In this document: piece after piece, positions 12,401 to 24,310 of the stretch | How the letters are laid out: each line of letters starts with the position of its first letter | How positions within the stretch are numbered: position 1 is the stretch's first letter | Assembly: GCF_000150275.1 (NCBI RefSeq) | Contig: NW_002060959.1 | Span: 494,371-558,370 of the forward strand | Direction: 5' to 3' | Origin: Trichoplax adhaerens | Taxonomy: Eukaryota > Animalia > Placozoa | DNA length: 64,000 nucleotides | Position numbers and translations under genes: made by a program | Notes under the pieces: generated by a model | Database searches by the model: none | The model's input: only the letters and a program-made list of their open reading frames with translations | Told to the model about the DNA's origin: nothing

Positions 12401-13511
12401 TTGAAAATAATAGCTTAAAGTTTAATTTTCTCGACAGTGCAATTCTTTGTTATTGCATTTGTTATACAATAGATCGAAATTAAAAATACAGTAAGAAATA
12501 ACGTAGCGAAATATGTGATAAAAGCGATTGAGAATTATCCATGCGAACCTGCACTAGAGCAATGGTCAAACAATTGATAATATAACTGTCAAAATTTACC
12601 TGAGTTGAATGTGATGGCGATGATTGCTGGTAATGGGTAGAATTCCTGTCGGATAAATAATTCCCCGCAAAATTTGAAGGGAAAAAGAAGAGAGAAAGAA
12701 TAAGCAATCAGAGATATTCCGCTGCCTTATTGACCTATACACTCGTTCATATGTGCATATTGATGATTATTATTGTTATTGATTAGATAGATCAGAAAAA
12801 TTGGATTGAAAATGATAACTTTATTGATAGTATCGATGATTGAATTTCAATCTTGATCCACATCTTGCTAGCCGCTTATTTATTTAGATTGAGTTTATTT
12901 TCTTACGTTTTGACCATCAACATTTCGTCCGAAGCTGCTTCAGCTAGCAAATCTTCAATGGACTTGAGTGGTTCATTTTCTACCTCCAAGTCATCATCAT
13001 CATCGATGCATTTTAATTCAACCCACGAATCTATGGAATCAAAATAACAAAAGTTACCGATGAAGAGAATGGATGCGTCTACACTCCGATTGGAATGATT
13101 GGATGAACATTTTGACAGCAATCAATAACGATAGCGTTACGTGCAACGATCGATATGAAGTAATGATGGAAAAAAATGTGATCTCATGGTTATCCATTCT
13201 CCACTCGATCGTGTCTTTTAGTTTAACAATCATCCATCGTTAGTGTACGCTGATCAACCTTGATAAAAGATAGATGTGTCAAGCAATCAGGCTATTTTTT
13301 ATTACAGTATCATTGATGTTGACCAAGTGCATCGGATGAAACAAAAGTATCGGTAGTTGTCACAATTTGCCTACTTGAATCAGAGGTAGAATTTGGACTG
13401 TTTTTGCATGGCATGTGCGGTGTACAAGGCTATGTTTCATGATGATTGAATGGGTAAAAAGGCGATTTAATTCATTGCTATCTTACCGGTAGTTAACGTC
13501 TCTTCTTCCAT
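9455..13511 (-). CDS. BNIP3: BNIP3/NIX-family mitophagy receptor (~158 aa, tail-anchored)
   Basis: Exons 13511-13487, 13030-12907, 12645-12600, 10316-10225, 9987-9913, 9711-9655, 9512-9455 splice in frame to MEEETLTTDSWVEL...SIEDLLAEA...TDWIWDWSGRPE...LLLPTLILTHLLTLGIGFFIGKRF...IELW*. The LIR (SWVEL), DWIWDWS-RPE box and TM with His plus GxxxG are diagnostic of BNIP3/BNIP3L. Confidence 0.9.
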
Positions 13512-14177
13512 AGTAAAGTAGAACAAGGAATATTCAACAACTCGTTTTGACCGATTGCTTGACCAATTAATGGCTGTCTACAGCGATCCAATCGCGATGG
13601 ATGACTACAATCAAACTGCAAGAATACACTAAAATTGGAATGGATGAATCCTTGCCAATGTGTTGTACGTACTAGTACCAGGGATAGTATCGTTCACACA
13701 ACCAAGTTGATCCAGTGGATGCTAATTGAACTCCTCTCGTCCAAAGCCAACTGATGGTCGGCTCTCGTTATTCTCAAAATTCTCAACAAGAAATGGAGAA
13801 AAATTTTTATAAACATTGCAATAGTAAGACGATGCCTTGCGCCATCTGTGTATGATACAGTCCATTGTGAGTCATAGCTATGACCGCAAAATCGCTATGT
13901 TTACAAATTTTTCTATGGACAACTTGTGATCGTCTCTGAGTATTGTCAACACACAATGGTTGCAACGATCATCAGCCTATTGTTCCCTTACAGTGAATAT
14001 ACTGTAGGCTACAAGCTACAGTGCCAGCAGCGCGTACTGTAGCATTGGCCGACTTTCTTTTCTTTTGTACTGGACTGTCAGGACTAGACCTGAGTTCGGT
14101 CCGGTTCGGTTCGAATTATTCAGGACTTAAGCTATTATGGACTATTGCAAGAAGATTTTCTTTCAGTAGTCCATTAC

Positions 14178-14790
14178 TCTGCCAGAGAATTGTATTCAGT
14201 TTAATCGAGTGGATGATCAATTCGGTAAGGCATAGCATCACATGATACTGACAGAGAGTAGCAATCCAATGCATGATCAAAATTAGTAAAGCATAGGAGG
14301 ACTGCCAGAGAATTGTATTCAGTTTAATCGAGTGGATGATCAATTCGGTAAGGCATAGCATCACATGATACTGGCAGAGTAGCAATCCAATGCATGATCA
14401 AATTAGTAAAGCATAGGATGACTGCCAGAGAATTGTATTCAGGTTAATCGAATGGATGATCAAATGGGTAAGGCATAGCATCACATGATACTGGCAGAGT
14501 AGCAATCCATTGGATGATCAAATGAGTAAAGCATAGGATCACATGATATTGGCAGAGTAGCAATCCATTGAATGATCTAATTCATAAAGCATAGGACCAC
14601 TGCCAGAGACTTGTAAGGCATAATATCGCATGATACTACAGAAGTAGCAATGGAATGGATCATCCAATTGGCATTCAGGTCGAATTGGTAAGGCATAGGA
14701 TCACATAATACTGGCAGAGTCGCAATCGAATGAATGATCAAATGAGTAAAGCATAGTATCACATGATACTGGCAGAGTAGCAATCCAATA
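14178..14790. repeat. Minisatellite with higher-order structure (~120-123 bp units built from ~57-64 bp subunits)
   Basis: gccagagaattgtattcag at 14181, 14304, 14424; subunit ..actggcagagtagcaatcc..atgatcaaat.agtaaagcatag recurs to ~14790. Confidence 0.9.
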
Positions 14791-14885
14791 GACGATTAAA
14801 TCGACAATTGACCGATATCAGTATTATATAAGTAAACATACCATTTGCAGTATTTGCAAAGATGTTTTTACACAGTACAGTACTG

Positions 14886-15158
14886 CAGCAGGGACTTCTT
14901 AATGATAAATCATACCCCAAAAATCGTAATAAAAATGTCTGCGACTTCTCAATGATAAATCATACCCCAAAAATCGTCAAATTTCAAAATCGTCATGAAA
15001 ATCTCTGGGACTTGTCAACGATAAATCATACCCAAAATCCTAATGAAAATCTCTGAGACATCTCAATGATAAATCATACCCTAAAAATCATAAAATATCA
15101 AAATCGTCATAAATTACAATTTTTGAGGTGTGGTTTATCATTGAGAAGTCCCTAACTG
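14886..15158. mobile_element. MITE-like non-autonomous DNA transposon (~270 bp)
   Basis: ~40-bp imperfect terminal inverted repeats: gggacttcttaatgataaatcataccccaaaaatcgtaat (14891-14930) versus reverse complement of 15113-15152 (gggacttctcaatgataaaccacacctcaaaaattgtaat). Three internal direct copies of the TIR motif; right end ...ctg|TA; no coding capacity. Confidence 0.75.
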
Positions 15159-16554
15159 TAGGTTGATAAAGGTATTCCGGATATCATCAGGACGGGATTA
15201 TGGTATACAAAGTTTTTACTGTACTAATATTGCTATACGTATCCTTATTCTACTGTATATTGAGTCAATCTGATTAGAGGCAACGAAACTCAAACTAATT
15301 TCACTCAATGAAGAAATACAACGACCAAGGATGGTAGTCATGCATGCTACGATATAGTCTCAAACTGGAGGAATACCGTAGTAAAGTAAATATCGACCGG
15401 TTTGGATCAAAAGTCGCCATTCTTTTCAATAGTTTCATATACTCGTATTACCGAGGCGAACCGGTGTACTGTAGGTAGGTGCATGGACGACTAGAAATTC
15501 TTACGTAGAAATGATGAGTAGTCGTCCATGAAGATAGAGCAGTGTCCTGTACTTCCCTTTAGGGTTGCATTTCATGAGCACGGATGAGTCATTGATGAAC
15601 TGGCACAACACTCTACAGTACTAGGATCTAATGGTGCAAATACACAATATGTTGCCCAATTTGGTACCATGGTGAGTTAGCTGTTTATTGACATTTCTCA
15701 AGCGAGATGACATCAATACCCTGTGGCCAGACATCTGCCTTCCAATATACCGTACCATGATGTCATCGTAGTTGTGTACTGCTAGGATAAAAGATGGCCA
15801 TTGGCAATAGTATCTATGATTTGCAAAGTAGAGTAGAACACTGGAGCTGAAGGTGAATCAGCTAAACTAGTGCAAACTCCCGTCGCTTTGCTGACGGTTT
15901 ACGATAATGTGCTCATTTAACAGATAGTATTACCATTTGATAGACCTGTCAGAGGTTCAGTAACTTTTTACCGTGTATCCGTGTACTAGTAGTAGCTCTA
16001 TTCAATCCATCAAATACCGCCTAAAACTCTACTGCTCATATTTGGTGTAGTGCAGTCCCAAAATAGATCATGTTTATAAGTTACATTATTATCGTGCTAC
16101 TTTAATATCCATAGGAATACAGCAGTAAAACCCACACTCGTTAACAATAAGCATAAACCTTGGTAGAACCGATTTATCCAATACAAAGAAGATGAACAAG
16201 AAATTCAAGTCTTGTCCTATTATTTTGCAAGCGCTGTCACCATCAACCCGATTTTGGCCAAGTTACTAATTTAATATTGGGGTGAACAACTTAAGCACAA
16301 TGAACAATATTATTGTTTGCAGCCCTGCCTGTAACTCATTCAGGCTCTTGCCATTCTCATTTTGACTTGAATGATCCAATCGACACCCTACAAGAGTATT
16401 GAAATTGATAGATATATATTTTTTACTACATTATCATCATCGCCGCTTAGAAATAGTAATAAATCAAGGGGCAGGATTTCGTCAAATTCTCTTGTACATT
16501 AGAACTTGCCTGTGGTGATCAAATGTGCCCAAAATACCTTAATCACGAGCCTTA

Positions 16555-16635
16555 TAAGCTGTCCTACTGATGTATTAGACATATAGAGTCATGTATTAAA
16601 AAAATAAAAAAATTATGGATTAGTAGGACAGCTTA
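16555..16635. mobile_element. Very short inverted-repeat element (mini-MITE or transposon deletion derivative)
   Basis: taagctgtcctact (16555-16568) and agtaggacagctta (16622-16635) form a perfect 14-bp inverted repeat beginning and ending in TA, around an AT-rich core. Confidence 0.55.
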
Positions 16636-19600
16636 AATTCAACGAAGTGTACCAATTAATTTATGCAAAATGGATAGGGCTACTGATCATTTCATGTAAC
16701 CTCTAGCAATACAGTAGAATCTGCTTATAGGGACATCTGAAGCCAAAGTTATATCTGCAAATCTGTAATATAAATCAGTCTGTGATCATGAAAAGCAGGT
16801 CCGTTTGTTTATTCACAGGCAACCACTTAGCTCTATCCGCTATGCTCAACGACGATTACTACTGAACTATAATTAAAGCCATGTTATTTTCGTATCAGAT
16901 ATTTTTGTAAAAGTATAAATGAAATTCATTACTATATCGGTATGAACTACAGATTTGCACGTTAGTTTTAGTTACATTTTTCTCAATTAAAATGTCTAAA
17001 ACGAAATTTAAGACGCTGTACATCGATCTTATGATTATATACCGACGTAAATCTTAGCAGCGCATACACGTGTAATCATACAACAACTAACATTATTCTA
17101 TATGCAGAGTAGAGTACGCAAGTAAGCTAACCTCGATATCTGCCCTTCTTTAAATACCGGCCAGGCTAGTGATAGTGCATTAAAATAAAAGTGAACTGTC
17201 GTTAATTAAGTTATTGCTTATATGAGCTTGCGACTGATCATGCAAAGATACCCGCTGCTGTAAAAAAATCAAATTGAAAGAAAATGCGTACCCGAAACAG
17301 CAGCTTGATTTTACTGCTATGGCTAATAATAAATATTAAATATATTGGATATCGATAAAGATCAGGCTATAATTTCCGATCCTACACCTAACTTATATAC
17401 ACGTGCAAAAATTCTATCTATAGTTTGTAGTGTCCTTAAAAAAAGGCAACCCGAAACCCGACTTGAGCGAGGGATTCGAGTTTAGTCATTTTGTGCTGAT
17501 ACTCCATTTAAGGACTCTAATAGTCTGTCTTCGTTCAGCACAGTTAAAAGCTAATTCAAGGTATTTACACTCTGCTGGTATAGAATCATATCAATTTGGG
17601 ATAGCATAAGGCACTACTCATGCTGTGTTATTAAACAGGCTGCAAGACTTAAGGAGCAAAGTGATTCACAAATTAATTACAGCACTCGTATCGCGAAATT
17701 AATCACTAATAGTGCCTGATGATTTAGAAATAAATCAAAATTAGCAATATTGATTTAGAGATAAGCAAAAGATAAGAGAAAAGGGATACAAAAATTGGCA
17801 TCATTATATGATATTTTTTTAATTCAAGAAATGTGGCGTTAAAGTAGCTAATTCCACTGAGAGTTACCTAGAATCTAACCTAGTTGTAAGTGTAATAATT
17901 ATAGCTATACAAAGTGCTTCAACCGTAGGCAAATTTTACACCTGTTTTTTAGATCTACGGCATAATACGCATACGAACTGGATTATAGGCAGTGTTAGCG
18001 GAAGCAACATTTTAAAAATTTGTAAAATTCTACATCTATTTTACTTCTCAGTCAATATTTTGTATCTGTTTCTAGATCTGCAGTACAGTATAGCATTGGA
18101 TGGGTGATAAAAGGCCGCGAAAGTTGTATTTTAAAATTTATAAGGTTTGCTCTTATGACTGCAAAGTCTTTGTCAATTTCAGCAGTTTGTTGCGCATATC
18201 TTGAGTATGCCAAGAAATTTTAAAACGGTACTAGCTGATTAAGCTTTGATAATGCCGAAAGCCAATTGTGGAATCAAGCAACGTCTTTAAAAGTGTGATT
18301 AGAACTTAAACTCAATGTCCTGGAGTTAATTAGTTTAACTTTAAAGCAATAAATCTAAAAGGATTGGATTATATTTTAATTAGTAGGAATAAAATTTTCT
18401 TAAGACATTAAATTGGTTAATTGTTAAAGATGAATTGGCTCATATAGCTAAACGAATTTAAGCACCCAGGTCGATTTAACCTGTGATCTGACAGTTTATA
18501 AAGTAGATTGTGATTTCCCCTGAGATTGGAATCCTTACTGTGTTTGCCTTGACATAATCTAACATTGGAATACCAACTGATTAATATTCCAATTTTCAGC
18601 AACTAATAAAACCCGTAGTCAGCACTGGTTGCAAGCTTAGAGCGCACGACGATTTATCTTATTAACATAATGGAATATTTTGAATCAGCTGCAGTGCTAT
18701 AATTTATTGGCAGGTTAATTACCATCCCAATTACCATAACGAAGTGAGCAGTAGCTTTTTACCCAATACTACAATCTTAAAATCAAAGCCTATAGGTTGT
18801 CTAAAACGATCGGTAACTACAAGTAAACTAACTCGACTAACTCCAATGAGTTCTTGATGTAATATGATCAATATTCGAGGTAATACACAAATAATTAATT
18901 ATTGTGAGGTATCTGACAATGATCAGTAAAAATGGAAAATCGATGGTCATCATGCTTGTTCATCATGTTTATAACCAATTTCTACAAATGGTTTCCGATA
19001 TCAGTAAGAAATCAAAGTTTATTTTCTGTCTTATAGCTTTAACGTCTAGCCGATCTTAGTAACTGACTTCCACAAGTAGCTTTCTGTTATCAAGAAGAAA
19101 TCAGGCCTATTAACTATGTTATAACTTAACGTTTGATCAATTTTAACGAGCCTTCTTTCAGACATTTCAGTACATGCTGTAGTATATGCCGATTAGATGT
19201 CTTAAGGGTTTCGGTTCACAATCAGTTCATATCGCCAAGTCAGATATGCTCTAATCGTTTAGATTATCATTCATTAAATATTCTCCAGTAGTAACACGTT
19301 GAAAGGACTTACAAGGAATGGGTAAAACTTGTAAACAGGCCGCATTTCAACAATAATTAGAAGTTTCATAACGTCCATAATTGAGTTCATTCTAGTTATC
19401 GGTCATGTTGACTATTTCAACAAGGTTAATTTTTTGCACGCTGGTATTCTTAACATCCAGCAAGTTCACTTTTTTATTCCCTATTTACTCTTCTTGTTAA
19501 AGATTCTTTACAGCACTATGAAATGATGACATGCTTGCCTGCTAATAACCTATGCTGAGCTTTCTTAGTAATACGCACATAAACCAGCTTTAAAGTTACT

Positions 19601-22600
19601 GGAAGTGCCGATATGCATGAGAAATAAACTAATTTGTGAAGTTGACATATTCAAATTAATGACTGCAAATAGATCTAGACCAAAGTCATCAAGACAGATT
19701 TATAGTAGCAAGATAGTACATGTAATATCAAATATAGCAAATAGTTTCTTAAGTTGCGCATCAGGATAAGAATAAATGATATTACCATTAATTGAATAAG
19801 GGATTTTATTCTACCAGTAAATCTGCCATGACTACCTCATAGCAATTTCGTTATTCCATAGCGAATTATACATAGCCAAAATGTTTATATGGAATGGTCT
19901 TATTAATCTTAATAAGTTCCTGTTGGCGTTAATTTGATGACGATGACAAAGGGTAATGCAATAGGGGGGGGGGGGGACTATACGAGGTAGGCCAAAATGG
20001 ATAGAAATCGAATAGCTCGTTTCTACTACCACTTAAACATTTGAATATATAACCACTGGCGCCATTAAAATTGTCTATTTGAGCGAAACATCAAGACCGT
20101 AAAATAGAATTAGATCATGACAGAATACTACCTATATATTTAACTAATTAAAATCACAATTGGATCTATCATTGGCAATAGAAAAGAAACTTTACTTACA
20201 ATAAAGACGTAAACTGTATATCGTTGCAGTATTTTACTATAAGTATTTATTAATCTGGGAGGAAACCGTATACATTATAGTTATACGTGTATTTTCAGTA
20301 ATGAGAGATTTTACTCACATTAAAATGTCATACTTTTAACGATCAGTGCTTACTATATGCGATAATATCGATCAATCTTTATCATTTACCGTTATTGTAA
20401 AATACTTAAAAGTACCTCCGAATTTACTACAGTTTACTATTTTGACGAAGCTATGACAGGACTAATTAGAGGGTGAAAAATCACTTTAATATATGAGCAA
20501 TATTTCATGATTGAAAAAAGAGCAGTAAGATTAAGGTATAAGCTTGAGATAATGTGTCTCTCAAATCCATAGACTAGACTAAGAATGATTAAGGTTGATT
20601 TGATAACATCAATAAGTTCTTCTCTTTAAAGCTGCAGTAGCTATCTCTTCATGAACAGAATCTCGTAGACACTTACCAATAAGCATGACCTATTGGAGGG
20701 CTATGTTAGCAAATTGAATAACTCGTTCTATCGTCTTTGTTAGCATTTGAGTCAGTTAGAGTAAATTTATGACACTGATTGCTCTACAAATAAAACACGT
20801 ATAAATGGGAGGCACGCCTTGGATAGTGATTGTAAAATAGGTTGATCTTTTGATTGGTTGGTAGTGTAAGTTAGAGCAACAGTGGAAGGGTTGCTAAAAT
20901 CATGGACAAGACTGATTTCCTCTCGTCATTGACAAGTTATTTTCTATCCGTAGTCTTTAGCTTATCCTTGTATAGACTCAGATGATGCTGAATTTCATTG
21001 CCAATGTTAGGTATCTGGATAAGGATTGTTTCAGCATGGCTACGGTGAAGAAAATTGAATCATCAAACGAGGTCAAAAGTTGGTATAACAGACCACGCTG
21101 AGACTAAAAATAGTAGCTGTTGTCTACTCTGAACTTAGAGTGTATTGGATCAATAGGTATAATAATGTCTCCATTAGTCAATCCTCTTGATCATTGTTAG
21201 TGAACAAACTGAATAGTTGATCGCGGTTGCAAATTAAGGATGAAGAATTTCCTAGTAGTGTAAACTGCACGCTGACTTAATCGTATTGGAGGGAGGCCAA
21301 ATCAATCAGCCATTATTTACTCCTATATTGTCATTAGTCGTCTTTTGTTGACAAGGTCCAACCCTTATTGGGTAGGCTAATTATTGACTTTAAGTAACGC
21401 ATTGAATTGCAGAAATGTATTGAATTTTAATTGATGCTTGTAGCTAAGAGACCGCCATCTTGGAATAGCTACACATTATATTAATTCATGAGCGAACAAA
21501 GGCGTTAAAGCAGCCGATCAAAAACATCTAGTAGGGACGCGTAAGAGGCTATTATTATTTTAATGCGACTTGTTTCAAGAAATAGAGTCTGCTAGTTTAT
21601 AGTCGAGTAGAGCATTCTTGAATGCTAAATTGAATTTTTTTCCTATACCACCATCACCATTAAATCAAGGTTTATTTCCATTGGGTGATTTATTTATGGC
21701 CACTCTTTCTTTCTAACGTGGTAAGTAAGTCCAATACTCTTCAACTAATTCAATGGATATTCTTGCTCTAACTGTTATTGATAAAGATAAATTTATCCTA
21801 CATAAGTAAAGTAAAAGCTTTTCAACCTGTCGTTGAATTCAATTCGGCGTTGTCCATCTATACTATCATATTCTTCCTAATCGTCCAAAATATAATTGTT
21901 TATTATCATGATTGGCTTCGATGTATTAGATACCCTGAACTGATCTGTCATCATTCCATCCAAATTGTTTCATCCATTACTAATAGTTGTTGTACATTAA
22001 TGAACCGAGAGCTAAGAATTCTTACTATTACAACTCAACTCATTTCTATCTGATCAATAGCGACATTCCTTACAGCCATTTTTTCTCGGCATAATTTCCT
22101 AATTTTTCAATCTCTAATTACGCTTTTGCAAGTCGTAGTATCACCTTGGATTTACTATCATTTCTTTTCATCTTCACTTATAAACGCCATCTTGAAGTCG
22201 AGGTTGTATCAACTCAGCACTTATGATGATCGTTACTTTTTTAATGGACGTTCAAAACATACTGATCTTGCTTGTGATGACTATCATGAATAGAGAATGT
22301 ACTCTTTCCATGCTTCATGATACCCATTTCCACGTTCGTCTATCCGATATGGAATAGCAGAGTGGCGAAAAATTGCTGACGTAGAGTCAAGATTAAACGG
22401 GAAAACCAAAAAAAATAAATAATGTTATAAAACTAAACATGATCATGATCTAGATTTTCACAGCGAATAGAGCTCTATTCTTTATATCAGCTATTTGAGA
22501 ATCAAATGAGTGAATGGTATTAATTAAATTAAACATGATCGCAATCTTGTTGACTAGCCATTCCTCTCTCTTCATCTCCTATGTACTCATACCTAGAATA

Positions 22601-22702
22601 ATTTTGCTATAGCTCCAGTTGCCAAATCACATTCTTTCTTCAACATAGTTACTCATTACATGGTTCTACTTTCCAATGATAATATAAACGATTAGTTTAT
22701 AG

Positions 22703-22990
22703 GATGATAACAATAAGTTATCCTATAGAGCTATTCCTAATTGTTACTGTAACCGTAAACGAAGCATAAACTCCCCCTCCAATTTTGACTATTCTGATTA
22801 TCGAGAACTTAAGCATCCATTCTTCAACTTAGACACTCATTTTACATCTCTACACTTCCGTGATAGTATAAGCACTTGTTTAATACGATCATGACAATAA
22901 ATTATCCTATAAAGCTATTTCTAATTGCTGTTGGAATGGTAAGAAAGCATCAATATCCCCTTGAATTTTCACTATTCTAATAATCAAGGA
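22703..22990. repeat. Degenerate ~100-bp direct repeat, 2 copies ~184 bp apart
   Basis: acaataa(g/a)ttatcctata(g/a)agctatt(c/t)ctaattg...aattt(tg/tc)actattct at ~22710 and ~22894. Confidence 0.7.
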
Positions 22991-23429
22991 GATCTGTGCT
23001 AAAGTCTTTTATTCTATGTTTAACTGTTCTTTTATAATTCTACTTTATCCGTAAAAAAAGCTCGATTATGTAGTTAACTTTATCTTTTATTGGTCATCGA
23101 AGATTGTTCTCTTTAGTCAATAGGACAAAGTCATTGATAAAATCATCAGCTTGATGATGGCTAAATGGTTCAATTTACTTTATCTCCACTTTTATATTTC
23201 TTTCCTGGGGTGTAATTAAATTAAAATGATTTATCCTATGTTTAATAGCATACCGCAGTCGACAATTTTCTATTCTCAGTTTGACGTAGTTATACCATAC
23301 TCAGTGCCAAACTTCCGGCCATGTTGAAAAATGATGCTGCTTAATTTGTAGGAAAAGATTAAATCAGGAGTAATAGGATATCGAACCGATGAGGGGATAT
23401 GCTTTCTCATTTTTCCGCCTTAGACAGCC

Positions 23430-24310
23430 CAGCTAAGAGTCACTTAATTTCACTCATGGAAGGGTTTAAGTAAGCTTGTAGGAAAGAGTTACTTTAATTT
23501 TATTCAATAAAACATCGATTTTAAGTAACATTAGCTTAGCCAAGAGTTGTTTAATTGCATTCAACGAAACAAACATAAAGTAGCGATATCTTAAGGAGGA
23601 GTTTTAATTTTACTCAAGCAAACAAATTTTTTAAGTAACATTAACATAGCCAAGAGTGAATTTCATTCCATTTAGCCAACACCGTCAAATAACAGCGTTA
23701 TAAACAAGAGCTAATTTAATTTCATTTAGCAAAGCAAATATTTCAAGTAACATTGCCCTAGCAAAGATTAATTTCAATCTTTGTTGAGAATCATTTTAAT
23801 TTTATTACAGCGTAGTGAACTAAAATGGCACTATCGAACACCTCTCTCTTTAATGTATTTGAGAACATAGAAATATAAAAAATAGTTTTGGGCTCCAATG
23901 TCTAGATTAAGAAATTCTAGCACCTAGTCAATCAGCACTTGATAAAGTTAGACGCGCGAACTAGACCTACTTTGCCATAACAATTTAACCTTATTCCAAG
24001 ACTATAGCTAGCAAACACAAACAGGAGAGGTTACTTCTTGTTGAGAGTATTTTAATTTTATTAGAACGTAGTGGACTAAGATGGCGCCGTCGTATATCTC
24101 CCTCCCTCCCTCATTACTATACTTGGGCACATAGGGATGTAAAAAATTAGTTTAGGTACGAATGTTTAGATTGAGAAATTTCAGTAACTAGTCAATCAGC
24201 ACTTGGTAAAATTTGATTAGTAAACTAGAGCTATTTTGCCTAAACCATTTAACTTCCATCAGTACTGCACAAAAATAGGCTTGGGCACGAATGCCTAGAT
24301 TGAGAAATTT
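23430..24310. repeat. Degenerate tandem repeats (~57/115 bp units, then a ~258-bp duplication)
   Basis: aagag..n.ttaattt.a(c/t)tc units with ttaagtaacatta.c.tagccaagagt at ~23521 and ~23631; ttgttgaga.t.attttaattttatta..cgtagtg.actaa.atggc at 23781 and 24038. Confidence 0.7.

Noticed and set aside
14021-15056. Short ORFs with internal repeats (e.g. LCQYHVMLC, MINHTPK)
   Set aside because: Translations of the minisatellite and MITE; no protein signature
14178-15110. CRISPR-like appearance of regularly spaced repeats
   Set aside because: The spacers are themselves repeated, the context is eukaryotic and there are no cas genes
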